From Styela clava (Eukaryota), in the NCBI RefSeq assembly GCF_964204865.1, contig NC_135264.1, positions 9,052,001 through 9,116,000 of the forward strand: a DNA stretch of 64,000 bases, written 5' to 3'. The position numbers were made by a program, and so were the translations under genes. How positions within the stretch are numbered: position 1 is the stretch's first letter; each line of letters begins with the position of its first letter. Below are positions 47,901 to 60,317 of the stretch, piece by piece. The notes under the pieces are model-generated. The model ran no database searches. It was not told the DNA's origin and saw nothing but the letters and a program-made list of their open reading frames with translations.

Positions 47901-50555
47901 TCCGCTATTCGTTATTCGAATATTTTGCCCAGCCCTACCCCTAAGGAGAGTTTCTTGCAGGAGACGACACTCTTCTAGAACAGGCATCACAATTGCAGTA
48001 GGGAGAAAATAAATTCGAGTTTTAAGCCCGGTTGAGAGGCCTCAATAATCAATTTCCGAAAATACTATTGAAAATACTCCGGCATCATGAAATTTTGCCA
48101 CTTGAGTGAGAATATTTTTTTGAAAGCTAATCTATGTGATTTTTCATCCGAGACTATTCCCAAATATTTTATAGAACGGTACTTGTTCTCTCTAAACTAA
48201 TTGTGCCATTTCTAATTTAAAGTTTTCGAAACTTATTTTTTTTGCCAGACCCCAAATTTTTTTTTTCGAATAGATAAGCGACAATTTATTTAGTTTCAAC
48301 TTTCAATCAATGGTCGTCAATTTGCTTCATTTTCAAATTCATTGCATGTTGGAGATCTACATTATTTGTGGCAGAGTTAAGCAGAGCTGTATCATCAGCG
48401 GATGGCGTGGTATAAACGATGTAGACTAAAAATTATAGGGCGCCAAGAGTGCTACCTTGTGGGACTCCACGTGATACGTATGGGAAGATTTATAACCATT
48501 TGATTCAATGAATTGTTGGCGCTTTGTTAATTAAGATTTAATTCAATTGAGTAATCCATGTATGCTGTAATGGGACAATTTGTATACTAAAATATTGTGG
48601 TCAATATTCATTATCTGATAAATTTTCAATATTGATTCTTTCAGTTTGACAACAGCAAGTTCTGTAGAATGTGCAGTATTTAGTTCATAGTAATCTGATG
48701 ATTTATGAAGTAATGGGATATTTGTACTATGCAGACAAAGAGCATGTAGGACATTCTGTTATAACCCTGAGACAGAAACAGAGAATTGTAATGTTGGATT
48801 GTGTAGCTCAGACAGAGGGGCAGATGGAACAGATGAGAGTGAGATTTATGGGATAGAATTTACATATTTATCCAGGAGGAGAGGAACCACTCTCCGGTTT
48901 ATTGGTCCAGGCCGGGTATAGGATTAGTTAGCCAGTTATTTGTTTTCGCAATGGACTTGATGGTGGAGGAAGGCGTAACCGACCAGTGGTTACGTGAACC
49001 ACCCTACCTTATGTTATAAGTATAGTGGAGTCATAAGTTTTCACTTTGTGTTTATAAACCTGTTAGTAGTAGTTTGTGAATTAGTATTTTGTGAATTTCC
49101 ATGAAGCAAAATTGTATTTAATCAAGAAAATATTGGATCGTATTCAAGGCGCACAAGTCAGCTGTGTGCAAATGTTATAATACGTATCAGGTATAAAAAG
49201 AATTCGAGGATCTGTGAATATTTTGTTAATACTTATAGGTAATGCTAAGAGGCCGCAGTTTTTTGACAATTTTTGATCCGCATGCTTCGTAAGTATAACT
49301 TTGTATCACCCCCCCCCTCCATATTATAGATTGGACACCCCTGGTTTAAACTATTGGAATTGAGCTTCTTTGTGGTTTTAAAGGGGACTATATACAACGG
49401 TTCAGAAAATGATACATATATTGAATTGAAAGTCTCTCATTAACATATTGTCAATTTTTTTTTAGATACGAGTTTGTTTGATGTAAAGGAAGACAGTGTA
49501 CCAAACCTATGTGGTGGGGCAGGTAGTCGGTGGTATTTTGGTGATTTTAATGGGGATAGAAGAACTGATGCAGCTTGTATTGAATTAGACGGAAATGTGT
49601 AAATCCTCTTATTGTCTATTTTTATTTAATAAATTATCTAAATAAAAATCATACACACTCATTTATTCTCACAGCAGTAAAAAATTATTAAGAGCCCATT
49701 ACCATGATATTCGAAGACAATAGCCAACTGACTATTCTTCAAAAATGATGAAAGTTTTAAAATTAAGAAATTTGTGAATTTCACTTAACATGGATTCTTT
49801 TGTTGTCTGGTGTGTACACTGAATGAGGTCGTGTCACGCCTAACAAGTGTGATGACTGAAAACATTTTCTTCATTGCCACTTATTCCTAATTTATAAATT
49901 CTGCTCTGCACTGAAGTTTGTATGACGAATGATATAAGTTGTATCAGATTTTTCTACGGGTTGATAACACCACCTAATGTTTCAGTGCAATTGGACATAC
50001 AACAACTTCTGGTTTAATGACTAAACTACATTGGAAAAGTCGAATTTCTCCTTGTGCCAGTGCGGATATTTACTTGGGAGACGTTAATGGGGATGGAAAA
50101 GATGATTTTGTTTGTAAAGATAGCGCAAGAAGGTTATCATTATATCTTGTGTTTTTATCCTGTCAATTTTTTGGGCAAAAATGAGATTTCATAACCAATC
50201 GATTCTTGATTTCAGGAACAATTCAGAATATTTTCATCTAATAAGTTGCTCTTTAAACCTTTTGATAGCAAAGCATGTATGATTGTACTGTAATAGCTTT
50301 GGGTGTTGGCAAAGTTGCATGACATGCAATATGCGCTCATATCTTATTTTGTCCAACAGAAAGCTAATCATCAGATATACAACAGAAGCTGGCGTGTTCG
50401 GAGACAAAGAAGTTGATGGAGGAAGCTTCTGCACCGATCCTTCAGACAAATTATTTGCATTAGACATAGATGGAACGAAAACAATGGACCTACTCTGTCA
50501 TTTTGCAGATAATCATATAGAATTGAAGCTAAATACAAACTTTCGGCCTTACTAG
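29970..50555 (+). CDS. Gene C: type II membrane astacin/TSP1/FG-GAP metalloprotease (18 exons, ~884 aa)
   Basis: Exons: 29970-30000, 30696-30779, 30992-31078, 31283-31446, 31906-32041, 32778-32895 (shifted acceptor), 33225-33403, 33705-33944, 34663-34779, 35706-35826, 36261-36401, 38639-38788, 44395-44535, 45350-45715, 48735-48838, 49466-49598, 49986-50132, 50360-50555. Same lengths and phases as gene A except exons 6 and 14; total 2655 nt. Motifs [68 protein letters not shown]. Confidence 0.88.
30295..30571 (+). mobile_element. tRNA-derived SINE in gene C intron 1
   Basis: GGCGGTGTTGCGCATTGTGCTAAGCGTTAGG...GGTTCGAATCCC...GGGATAAATATGTAAATCCTATCTAT. Confidence 0.85.
31906..33944 (+). CDS. 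Gene C astacin catalytic domain (exons 5-8)
   Basis: Zinc motif in 33225-33403; Met-turn and QLYGC in 33705-33944. Confidence 0.9.
34011..34364. mobile_element. hAT-type MITE (TAGGGCTGGGCATTT family)
   Basis: TIR TAGGGCTGGGCATTT...AAATGCCCAGCTTTA with TTCGAA subterminal motifs. Second copy at 62476-62857. Confidence 0.8.
36580..36895 (-). mobile_element. tRNA-derived SINE
   Basis: TAGGATAGGATTTACATATTTATCCCAGGGGAGAG...CGCACCGCCG; same family as 26588-26930. Confidence 0.8.
36945..37826. mobile_element. hAT-type non-autonomous element
   Basis: Perfect 15-bp TIR CAGGGATGGCGAACC / GGTTCGCCATCCCTG. TSD ACCTACAG/TCCTACAG. Confidence 0.9.
38000..38592 (+). mobile_element. SINE split by a nested insertion that ends in a hAT-like TIR
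   Basis: SINE head 38000-38120. Insert with an internal duplication ending CCTGGCTGCGCCACTG (~38491). SINE 3' part resumes to GGGATAAATATGT. Confidence 0.6.
38965..43617 (+). mobile_element. Degraded near full-length CR1/L2-type non-LTR retrotransposon in gene C intron 12
   Basis: ORF1 remnants from 39135 (coiled coil; NLEFHGVP, PPIIAQF, VFISENLT). PHD-like Cys cluster ~40215-40345. APE motifs GGVWIF, ILGDFNINLL, TLIDHIYTN, SDHFP. RT motifs PISILSCLAIVFEK, QFGFQKNHST, LDMEKTFDTVSH, LFADDT. Many frameshifts. 3' end ATAAACTACTGATTACTGA. 5' boundary approximate. Confidence 0.9.
44730..45305 (-). mobile_element. SINE interrupted by a hAT-like MITE (~44921-45216), shared with gene D intron 13
   Basis: SINE 3' part at 44730-44915, MITE CACAGCGTTCTCAAACT...AGTTTGAGAAACATTGC, then SINE head. 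Homologous nest at 58780-59245. Confidence 0.7.
45435..45650 (+). repeat. Coding Thr-rich minisatellite, 5 units, gene C exon 14
   Basis: GSY(S/P/L)S(T/A/M/I)LYTn-P units; exon 366 nt. Confidence 0.9.
45935..48660 (-). mobile_element. 5'-truncated CR1/L2-type LINE remnant interrupted by a hAT element
   Basis: Minus-strand IDHNILVYKLSHY (~48600), GVPQGSTLGAL (~48440-48470) and ADDT (~48390). Sequence continues on both sides of the 46019-47937 insertion. Confidence 0.75.
46019..47937. mobile_element. 1.9-kb non-autonomous hAT element with internal ~287-bp tandem duplication
   Basis: TIR TAGGGGTGGGCAAAAT / ATTTTGCCCAGCCCTA. TSD CGCCTAAG/CCCCTAAG. TTCGAATA subterminal repeats. Duplication 46832-47118 / 47119-47389. 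Confidence 0.88.
48850..49010 (-). mobile_element. Truncated SINE
   Basis: GGATAGAATTTACATATTTATCCAGGAGGAGAGG...GGTTACGTGAACCACCCTAC. Confidence 0.75.
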
Positions 50556-51241
50556 ATTGTTCCGTATTGGAATGCTGTTAAAGATAAAAAGCCATTAGGA
50601 AATAATGATATGAGGTTATTTAGTAGCCATACTACTTCCGAACTTTTATATATCAATATATAATATTATTCAACAGTGGTTTTATTTTTCACTTTACCAA
50701 TCAAAAAAAAAGTTTTAACATTAAAACTTTTGGGTAACAAAAAAATGACAGCAGTTGGGAAGGACTGATTGCTCCATCATCGAGCTTACAACACCTCCAT
50801 ATAAGCGAAAAACAATGATAAATAAGGAACAAGCGATGTTAGCCAAATATTTGTTTTAGATGCATGAACTCAATGGTGGAGGAAGTCGTAACCGAACAGT
50901 GGTTATCACGCTACGGCGGTGAGAAATCCAGTCATGCTTCTCGTCGAACTCTTGAGTTGTGCTCGAACCTGGTTCTGAATCGCGTTAGAACTTGCATGAA
51001 GGAATCGTTGTTTTGTTTTAGATTTTTCCTGCTTTTAGTCACATGTGTGAAATAGATTCAAATACCAATCAGCTACATAAAACGACTCATTGTCTAACTT
51101 ATATCAATATGCAAAAACGAAGAAATGGTTGTTGTCAAATATAAAAACTATAGTGTTTCGCCTATAACAGGAATTTTACTTACTGGTTCGGTCTTTAGAT
51201 TTTTCTTCGCTCTGGCTCTCGTCATACCGTAGGCACAGCCC

Positions 51242-52744
51242 CAGGGGCGGATTAGGCCCCTTTGGTGCCCTAAGCACTTCGAGACTTTGGTGCCCGTTAT
51301 GTGTAATTTAAAATATAAATACAATACTGTATACCATATAAGTATATTATCCATCGAGAACAACACTAAAACATAGCGAACATTTTTTAGTATTCTAACA
51401 ATTTTTAAATTTTGATAGACAATTGATGAATTTTCTCAAATCCCGATAACTAAACGTAACACATCTTGTACATTACAATATGAACCACACGAACGTTAGT
51501 GGAAATGAAAACAAAACTAACAAAGAGCTAGTTAGAGACCACATGTGAATAAATACAATACTGTATACCATATAAGTATATTATCCATCGAGAACAACAC
51601 TAAAACATAGCGAACATTTTTTAGTATTCTAACAATTTTTAAATTTTGATAGACAATTGATGAATTTTCTCAAATCCCGATAACTAAACGTAACACATCT
51701 TGTACATTACAATATGAACCACACGAACGTTAGTGGAAATGAAAACAAAACTAACAAAGAGCTAGTTAGAGACCACATGTGAATGAAACTGCTGGAGCAC
51801 AGTTGAGAAATTACTGTCGAAATTCATTGAGTAAGCATCAATAAGTTTTTGAGAACACTGCTAATACCAGTCCTTGTCAACAGATAAAGAGACATTTGGT
51901 TCTAGCGGTACATCATTAAGTAAAAACATATCTCTGCAATTTTACTTTATATCAATCATCTTTTCTTCATCGCAGACACAAAATTATCAACAATTGCGTA
52001 AAATAAAGTGACAGGGAAATTTATCTGGGGCATTCAAATATAAATCTGCTGCATCTCCATCATAGAGCAAATTGTTTCTGATACGTTTACGAGTTGTAAC
52101 TGCCTTGCAATTCACACCTGGTAGCATTTCCTTTGCTGCTGCTTCACATCGTTCAAATTTATCTCATGGAATTTCACCTAATATGACACAGATATGCACA
52201 TGTTTGTTTTGAATTATTTTATGAAAGTTCATTCTAAAACGATAACATGAAAACAAATTCTAGCTCTTGCATATGTATTACCTGCAGTATTATTCGCACC
52301 TTTGTTTTTCCCTGTATATTTCAGTGCTTCTATAATTTTAAGAAAAATTTTTTAAAACTGCACACCATCTGGTATCAGTGAGGGATTTCAGCAAAAATCA
52401 ATTTCCAAACCAAAAAAATCTTCCATATCAAACCAATCCCGACTTTGTCGAACACTATAGATGTCCGAAATGCGATAGCGTAAATTTTGATGATGCCGTC
52501 AGTATAACTTCGGAGTGAAACCAAATCGCATTAGACCCCCAAAAAAATAAATAGCCTAGTTCTAGCGGAAACAACAATCTTTAGCCAACAAGCAATTGGT
52601 CCCATCGTTTTTAAGAGAATAACTGAGCCGCCTGACCAACACTGATGCACAATTGAAAATTGAGCTATAAATTTTTTGTGGTGCCCCATTGTGCTTGGTG
52701 CCCTAAGCACGTACTTATATTGTTTACTGGTTAATCCGGCGCTG
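51242..52744. mobile_element. Internally deleted hAT element
   Basis: TIR CAGGGGCGGATTA / TAATCCGGCGCTG with perfect TSD CACAGCCC. GGTGCCC(TAAGCAC) subterminal repeats at both ends. Confidence 0.88.
51317..51784 (+). repeat. Apparently perfect 234-bp tandem duplication
   Basis: 51317-51550 = 51551-51784 (AAATACAATACTG...GAGACCACATGTGAAT); no mismatch seen by eye. Confidence 0.92.
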
Positions 52745-53832
52745 CACAGCCCACAGCATTTATGAAAATTGCAGCCAAGAAGAAATTCTGAAATAAGAAT
52801 CCAATGTAAGTAATAATAAATCAATGCTCTATAGAAAATGCTTCGATTTCACGCGTAGATACGAAAAAAAAACTGCAGGCGTGAATCATTTAAGGACAAT
52901 GCCCGACTATTTCCAACAACCTCCCTCACCGGAATACCTGGAGTTGAATTAATAACTAAAATAATATATCAATCAAGTCGTTATCTGTGACAGCATAGTG
53001 ATCTGTTTCAATAAATTTACAATATTCCAAATACAAGTCGAAACCTTACTTCCGAGCTGTTCAAATACGGATCCGATGATCCCCAATTGCTCTCAAGACA
53101 AAATAATTTGAATTTAATTAACAATAATATTTATAACATTTTCTGAAATAAATATTAATTTACAGATTTTCACTCACCCGAAGCATAGTTTTGCAACGAA
53201 AAGAGTAATATAGCAAGGCAACCCAACCTTTAACTACAGCAACAATTCCACGAAGATCAATTTTGAATTGAAAGAAGAGAATATGTTTAAACATATCCGT
53301 GTAAAGTGGCCAAAAATTTACATGGCTCAGGAAATCGCATACTCTCGCTATTTAACTTCTTGATACAGCGTTGTGAGTTTCTATGTGACTATTGTCACTT
53401 TATGTACTCTGATACCATCCGTTTAAAAGCGAATATTACTTAAATAGTATGCACCTGGTCTAGGGGGATATTTATGTGCTAGATGGAGAATTATTGATCT
53501 CCTTGCGTTGTAGGGTGGTTTTTCTGCTTTCTCCAGCAATAAGTCCCTGCTTCTGAAACAAATTACTGGTAACTAATCCCATACCCGATGCAAATTTTTG
53601 ATGGCACTGTCATGTGTGAAAGTGTTTATACTTATCGCATAGATCTATTAATAAAGTACTCAGACTTTTTTATCAAGTTCCTCGTGAATTGTATTTAATA
53701 AATATCAGTCAACATTCGAATATTATATATATTGATATACAAAAACTCGGAAGTTCTATTGCTACTTAGTAATCTCATCATTATTTCATAAATGCCTTTT
53801 TCATCTTCAACAGAGTGCCAATACAGAATAAT

Positions 53833-56800
53833 CTAGAAAGGTCGAAAGTTCGAATTCAGTCTTAATTCTATATGACTATCTGCGAAATGGCAGAGTAGGT
53901 CCATTGTTCTCGTTCCATCTACGTCCAATGCAAATAGGTTATCTGAAGGATCGGTGCAGAAGCTTCCGCCATCAACCTCCTTGTCTCCAAACACGCCAGC
54001 TTCTGTTGTGTATCTGATGATTAGCTTTCTGTTGGAAAAAATAAGATATGAGCGCATATTGCGTGTCATGCAACTTTACAAACACCAAGCGATCTCATAA
54101 ACTGTGATATCAAAAGGTTTAAATAGCAGCTTTATGTTCCTGAAATTAAGAATTTACTATATTGATTATAATGTACTTTGTGTAGATTGGTTATGTTATA
54201 TCTCCAGCCAGATAATATCTTTTAATATGTTATTCATCTCCAGTTTTTGTGAATTTATGAAACCTAGAACTAGCTTGAATTTGAAAAGCTCATACAAAAC
54301 GACAGAATGAGCTTTTTATATTTAGGGTGAGAGGATAGTCAACTAAATCATATTATGAATCACTGACTCCTATATCGTCTTTGAGTTACATGGGAATAGT
54401 TAATTGGTTACTAGCTTAAGAGGTACGGACTTGAACCACTCCCCGACGATAGGAGCCAAACACTTATTGATTTAAACCTACGGATGGTAATGAGATGCTG
54501 AGCATGTTTCGAATGCTTCGCAACCTTTGCACAAGCTCATGGCTACAAAAGACCAACAATGCACATAAAAAAGATGATTACCGGTATGTGTGTCTATAGT
54601 CGCCATGCGTAGGTTAATTTGTGTTAGTACATATTAATAATTGGGACCTCCTGAAGTATGCGCACCAAGATGGCGCAAACTTTTGAGCTCGCGGCCCCTT
54701 TTATTAGTCGAAATATTTCGCGGCCCCTGTTCACCCTATGATACAGTGAATTTTCATCTTACAGTGGGCCTATAGATAACAAAAACAAACACGCATTTAT
54801 TCAAATGAACCTCACTCATCAGTGTGATGGGTGCGACTTCCTTTTGCCGCACAGCAAGTCCTGTCGTAGCTCGCTGTTTGTTGATGCAGGCCTCAATTAT
54901 AATGAATTACGATGTTTGGCCACCGACGGCATGGTCCTATTCCGGCATTGTTACTCACTTTTAATGATCAAATTTGGCATGAGACAACGATTCGTGTGGC
55001 GCGAAATTATCAGGAAAAAACTCACGACGCACTTACCCGAAAAAATGCTGCTTTCAAATAAAACACAATTTTGTGATCGTTAATGTGTACTTTAAGCCTT
55101 TTAAAGTTTATAAACATTTAGGCCTGAAGAATAAAGGCAAAAGGTTAACTTGTCTTCTTTATCACTACCTGGTTTTTCTTTAAAATAGTGAACAAAATCA
55201 CCCATGTTAGCTAAACTCGGTAAGAGCAAATGAATAAACTGCAGCCTACGAAATTGCAGCAATGGTTTACATCTATTGTTACGTCACAATATATCCTACG
55301 TGACAAAGGTAAAATGGGGCTATTGATTCATATACAGATCGTTTGAAATTGAACTATGTAAAATATTCAATCATAGATAAGTTAATATTTAACACGAATC
55401 TCTTAGTTTTCGTGCCCACTTTTAGCAATTTTTAAGTAAAAATTTAAATAAATATAGTACTTGTGTAGAATTGGTGTTCTCTTTGCGGCCCCTAAAATTC
55501 GTTTCCGGGGCCCTTGCGGGGCAGCGCCCCCTAGTTTTGGAAGCCCTGGGTTGGGGTATGCTCCTAAATAACAAATCTTTTTTAAATAAGTAGGTACTTC
55601 AAAAACCTAACTGTTTTTATTACAAATACTTGTTATACAGCGAAATGCTCTTGCGACGATTTTTCATGCTGCAATTTTTCCTATGCGGCAAAATTTTCTG
55701 CTGCGAGATTCCCTATGGCAAATTCCTTCAGCGAATTTTCCTAAAACCATAATGATCACCTTCTTACGCTGTCTTTACAAACAAAATCATCTCTTCTATC
55801 CCCATTAATGTCTCCGAAGTAAATATCTGCACTGGCACAAGGTGAAATTCGACCTTTCCAATGTAGTTCTGTCATGGAACCAGAAGTCGTTGTATGTCCA
55901 ATTGCACTGAAATATTAGGTGGTGTCATCAACCAATAAAAAATCTTATACAAGTGGATTTCATAAATTAGGATCAAATATCAATGAAGAAAAGGTTTCAG
56001 TCGTCACACTTGTTGGATGTGACGACCTTATTCAGTTATTGTCAGTGTACCAGCCAGACAACAAAAAATCTCAGTCTAGGAAATTCATCACCTTATCGAA
56101 GTTTTCTTGAATGCATTGAACGTTTTCAAGTCTCTCTTTTATCAGCACTTACTAAATCATAATGTTATGCAATAATTCTAAATAGTTTCAGTAGCCATTG
56201 ATATTCGCTCCAAGACTAACATCCTTTACTTCTGAGTACGCGTATGTAACTTAGCTTCAACAAATTCTCTTAAAAATAAAAAAAGTGGAAAGCTCAAATT
56301 TACAATCTGTAGCATTTTCACAATCTTTCACAAAGTTCTCAGTTTTAAAACTATGCTCGCTTCAGTTGTCTTCGAAAATTTTGTTAAAGTCTCCTAATAA
56401 TAATTTTTTCTACTGTGAGAATAAATAGGTGTGTGTGATCTTTTTTAGCCAATTTTATAAAATCAAGCAAGAATATGACTTACACATTTCCATCTAATTC
56501 AATACAAACTGCGTCAGTTCTTCCATCTCCATTAAAATCTCCGAAGTACCACTGACTGCCTGCCCCACCACATAAATTTGGTACACTGTCTTCCTTTACA
56601 TCAAATAAACTCGTATCTGAAAGGAATTTTGATATTATCTTAATAAAATACTCATAGATCAATATTTGGCCTTTTGTGAAGTTTGTATATAATCTTTTAT
56701 AAAACTTCAAAAAAGCTTAAATTCGATAGTTTTTACTTTAAAATGGTGAAACAGATCTCTGATTAAAACCAGTAGTTGAAACGAAGTTTTAATCGAGAAG

Positions 56801-59800
56801 TATCAAAGAACTGTAAACTGCAGTAAAGGTAGTATTATGAAAAAATTCACAAAATTCAGCAATAAGCAGCTAACTTGTTTCCTTTGATTAGCAGTATAAT
56901 TTTTTCTTTGTTAGATAAATAATCTAAAATAAATCCTCACTCTCATCTGTTCCATCTGCCCCTCTGTCTGAGCTACACAATCCAACGTTACAATCCTCTG
57001 TTTCTGTTTCAGGATTATAACAGAATGTCCTGCATGTTCTTTGCCTGGATTGCACAAATAATTCATTACTTGAATTTGTAACTGATATGTAATAAACAAC
57101 TAATTATGAAACTCAACCACTCAACATTAAAAATAACTTACTATCACCTGTTGGAAAACTGAGAGATATTTCATTTTTTTCCAGTCACTATATTTTCTAT
57201 ATCAGTGGTTCTCAACCGGGGGTCCGCGAAGCTTTTCCAGGGGGTCCACAATTAAATTAAGATTTTAGGAAATTATTTGCAGTTTAATATTGTATTTTTT
57301 GTAATATGCTCGGCCCGCTCGAACATATGCTGCCTATGACAATAGCCTACATAAAGTATTTTGATTTATCTCCGGTAGACCTATTGTGACAAATACGTGT
57401 TATGACATCACAATGATAAATACGAGAACGCAGCTGCTACAGTGATTTCGAGGGCATGTGGTCACTGGTCACATTTTCATTTGAAGCGAATTAGCTGGTT
57501 GTTCTACAGCCAACGTGTAACAAAGGAGATTGTGTTGCTTACTAAAACTTAACCAGCATGGCTAAATCAAGAAAGTACTCAGAAAGTTATCTTGAAAATG
57601 GGTTTACCTGAGTGTCAGAGGGTGGCAAGGAAAAACCGCAATGTGTTTTATGTTATGCTGTCCTCAGCAAAGAAGCAATGAAGCCATCAAAGCTTAAGCC
57701 TCACTTGCAGCAGACACGCCCAGAGAATACCGAAAAAGATTTGTCATTCTTCCAAAGACTTGAATTGTCTTTGAAAACTGGATGCTAGTGGTTATTTTCA
57801 ACAGCAAAGCACTGCAAGCATAGAGGCTTCTTTTGAAGTGTCAATACAAATTGCAAAGCAAAAAAAGCCTCATACGCTGGGAGAAACGATTGTTAAGCCT
57901 CGTGCTCTGAAGATGGTAAAGTGTCTTCATCTGAAAAATCACTTTCTAAGTTTTGGTGCGCCATTTTGCCGTCGTACCCAGAAGTATCGATGGAAGCATT
58001 ACGTGTTATTGTTCCATTTGCCTCCACTCACCTTTGTGAATGTGGATTTTCTGCTCTCGTTCATATCAAATCCAAGGCTCATAACCAACTACACATCGAA
58101 GACGATATGCGTTTATCGTTATGAAAAACACGACCACGTATTTCAAGACTTGTTTCTGATATGCAACAGCAGAAATACCATTAAGTGTATTCGATTTGAC
58201 AAAATAAATGAAAACTTCCACTAGTTTGGTGCTATTTTTGACTTGGTTAAATCTTCTGTATGGAACATTAGGTTGCTGTTTAAGCTATAAACTAAATTTC
58301 AAATAAAAAAATTTTGAGGGTACGGGACCGCTTTGAGAGCACCAGGAGGGTTTGCAAAGACAAAAAGGTTGAGAATCACTGTTCTATATGAACGGTGAAT
58401 ACTCCAATATAGAAGATTTATACTTTATTATTTTTCTTACCTGACCCTCGTGCCATCACAAGTAGCTGAACAACTCGCCCAAAGCCCCCAATCTCCTGCA
58501 TTTTCAGGTGTGGTTGTTGTTGTCGTTGTTGTGTACAATGTTGATAAATATGATTCCGGGGTTGTTGTTGTGTACAATATTGATGAATATGATCCAGGTG
58601 TTGTTGTTGTTGTGTACAATGTTGATGAATATGAAGAACCTTCAGTTGCCGAGCATGAATTAGAATTACATTCTCTTGATTCTTCGCCTGGGCATTCTCC
58701 CGATACACATATTTTACGCCTAGATTCATAAAAAAATATTGAAAATATTGGATCGCAATGGAATTGGCAGTTGTCACAGATGCTTGTCATTGCACTCCTG
58801 ATTTACTCTACACGGGTTCGCAAGTTTGAATCCTTTGGGGAATGAATAATCATGCGGTAGAGCAGCTTTTCTCAAACTGTGTTACGCGGAACAGCTTCTT
58901 CGGAGTGCAGGGATTAAAATGATTTCTCAATTGGTCCCAATGAAAATTTCGGCTGTACTTTGGCAAATCTGAGTCATAAATTTGTCTCCCAACTAGCGAC
59001 AAATAGGCCTTGCAATTTAAACAGACAGACAAGCCTAGTTCCAGTCTGGAAAGCGTGCCATTTGCGTTAACCGTTCAATAATGTTAACCTTCGGCTTAAT
59101 TTGTCATTTGAAATTTTTCAGCAAACTTTTTAATTTTACCACGGGCTAAATTTTTTTTGAAACCACCCACCAATTTTATCTTATAATTTCTTGGTGCTCT
59201 GCGAGAGGAGATAAAGACTTTCTTCCTCCACATGATAAATATAAAAATTTCATCTAAATATGAGAAGTTTATTGTAGTTCAAAACTTTGTTAGAAAACGA
59301 TGCAGGATAATTCATACCACAAGTGAGCGTTGCTTTCTTAAACATCACTGTCAATGCAACCGGCCAGTTTTATCACAAGTAAATCGGACTGCGTGATTCA
59401 CTATATATATATATATATAGCCTAACAACCTTATCTTATCCAATTTCAGAATCTGACACTAACCTGGTTTGCATTCCTTCACAGGTAGCAGAGCACTCAT
59501 TCCACTGACTCCACATCCAATTTCGATGCCCACATCTTCCTACACCGCATCCTTCATTCACAGGAGACGACCCTTCACAAAACGTATCTCCACACAATCT
59601 TTGCCTGCAAAAAAGATAAATCAGAACAAATATTGATTTAATGTGTCCCAGTGATTAGCATATTGTCCAAAGCAACACCAACATGGCAGTGTAAAAACCT
59701 TGGATGTAAGACTCACACTCACAATGAGTGAAAATATTCAAGCATGCTGAAATGGGGAAAATTGTAATCATTTTTACAAATATCTTCTTTCCAGGAACCA

Positions 59801-60317
59801 CTAGCTGCTTGTCAAAAGCTTCGTTCAGAAAAAGATATTGCACTTCTGGAAAAAATATAACCAAAACAGAAATCATGTCATAAAAGAGATAACCTTATTT
59901 TAAATGTAAATTAATATTATTACTTACTTTAATCATTATTGTTTATTTATCATATCTGTTATTTATAATGAAGTATATATAGTACTCTGTCAGATTATTA
60001 TGATGAATTTGTTCAAGTCTTACATCAATTGGTATAGACTGCTGAGTAACACACACCCTAGTTTTTTCTCTTAGCTCTCAGCAATTGAACAATCGCTTGA
60101 TGTAGTATCTCTGAGTGTACATGACATTGGTCCAAGGAAATTCACTTTAAATAAAAACAAACATCACCTGGTGCGTATACCATCACAGGTTTCAGTACAT
60201 TCCGTCCACTGACTCCATGTTGCTTTCCCAGTTGTAGGTAGAGCTCCACATTCAGTATTGCAGAAGCCATAGTGAGGTATTCCATCAGGACAAGGTTGAC
60301 CATTACATAGTTTTCCT
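53833..60317 (-). CDS. Gene D: 3' part (exons 12-18) of a fourth paralog; 5' exons lie beyond the window
   Basis: Exons 60317-60168, 59604-59464, 58719-58441, 57044-56941, 56616-56484, 55906-55760, 54028-53833. Lengths 150/141/279/104/133/147/196 and phases match A and C; no stops seen. 63230-63272 matches gene C intron 11 near its 5' end. Confidence 0.88.
54677..55549. mobile_element. Degenerate hAT-type element (GCGGCCCC subterminal family)
   Basis: AAACTTTTGAGCTCGCGGCCCC ... GCGCCCCCTAGTTTTGGAAGCCCTGG. A similar right end occurs at 61940-62004. Confidence 0.6.
57203..58381 (+). mobile_element. Internally deleted Buster/Charlie-type hAT transposon with transposase remnants
   Basis: TIR CAGTGGTTCTCAACC / GGTTGAGAATCACTG, perfect TSD TTCTATAT. 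N-terminal MAKSRKYSESYLENGF..KPQCVLCYAVLSKEAMKPSKLKPHL and IAKQKKPHTLGETIVKP are fused to C-terminal FWCAI..YPEVS.EALRVIVPFASTHLCECGFS...IKSK. Confidence 0.93.
58505..58640 (-). repeat. Coding Thr-rich minisatellite, 3 units, gene D exon 14
   Basis: GSSYSSTLYTTTTTP / GSYSSILYTTTTP / ESYLSTLYTTTTTTTTP; exon 279 nt. Confidence 0.9.

Noticed and set aside
57558-58182. Domesticated ZBED5/Buster-like host gene
   Set aside because: Catalytic core deleted, stops and frameshifts present, and intact TIRs/TSD show a decayed transposon.
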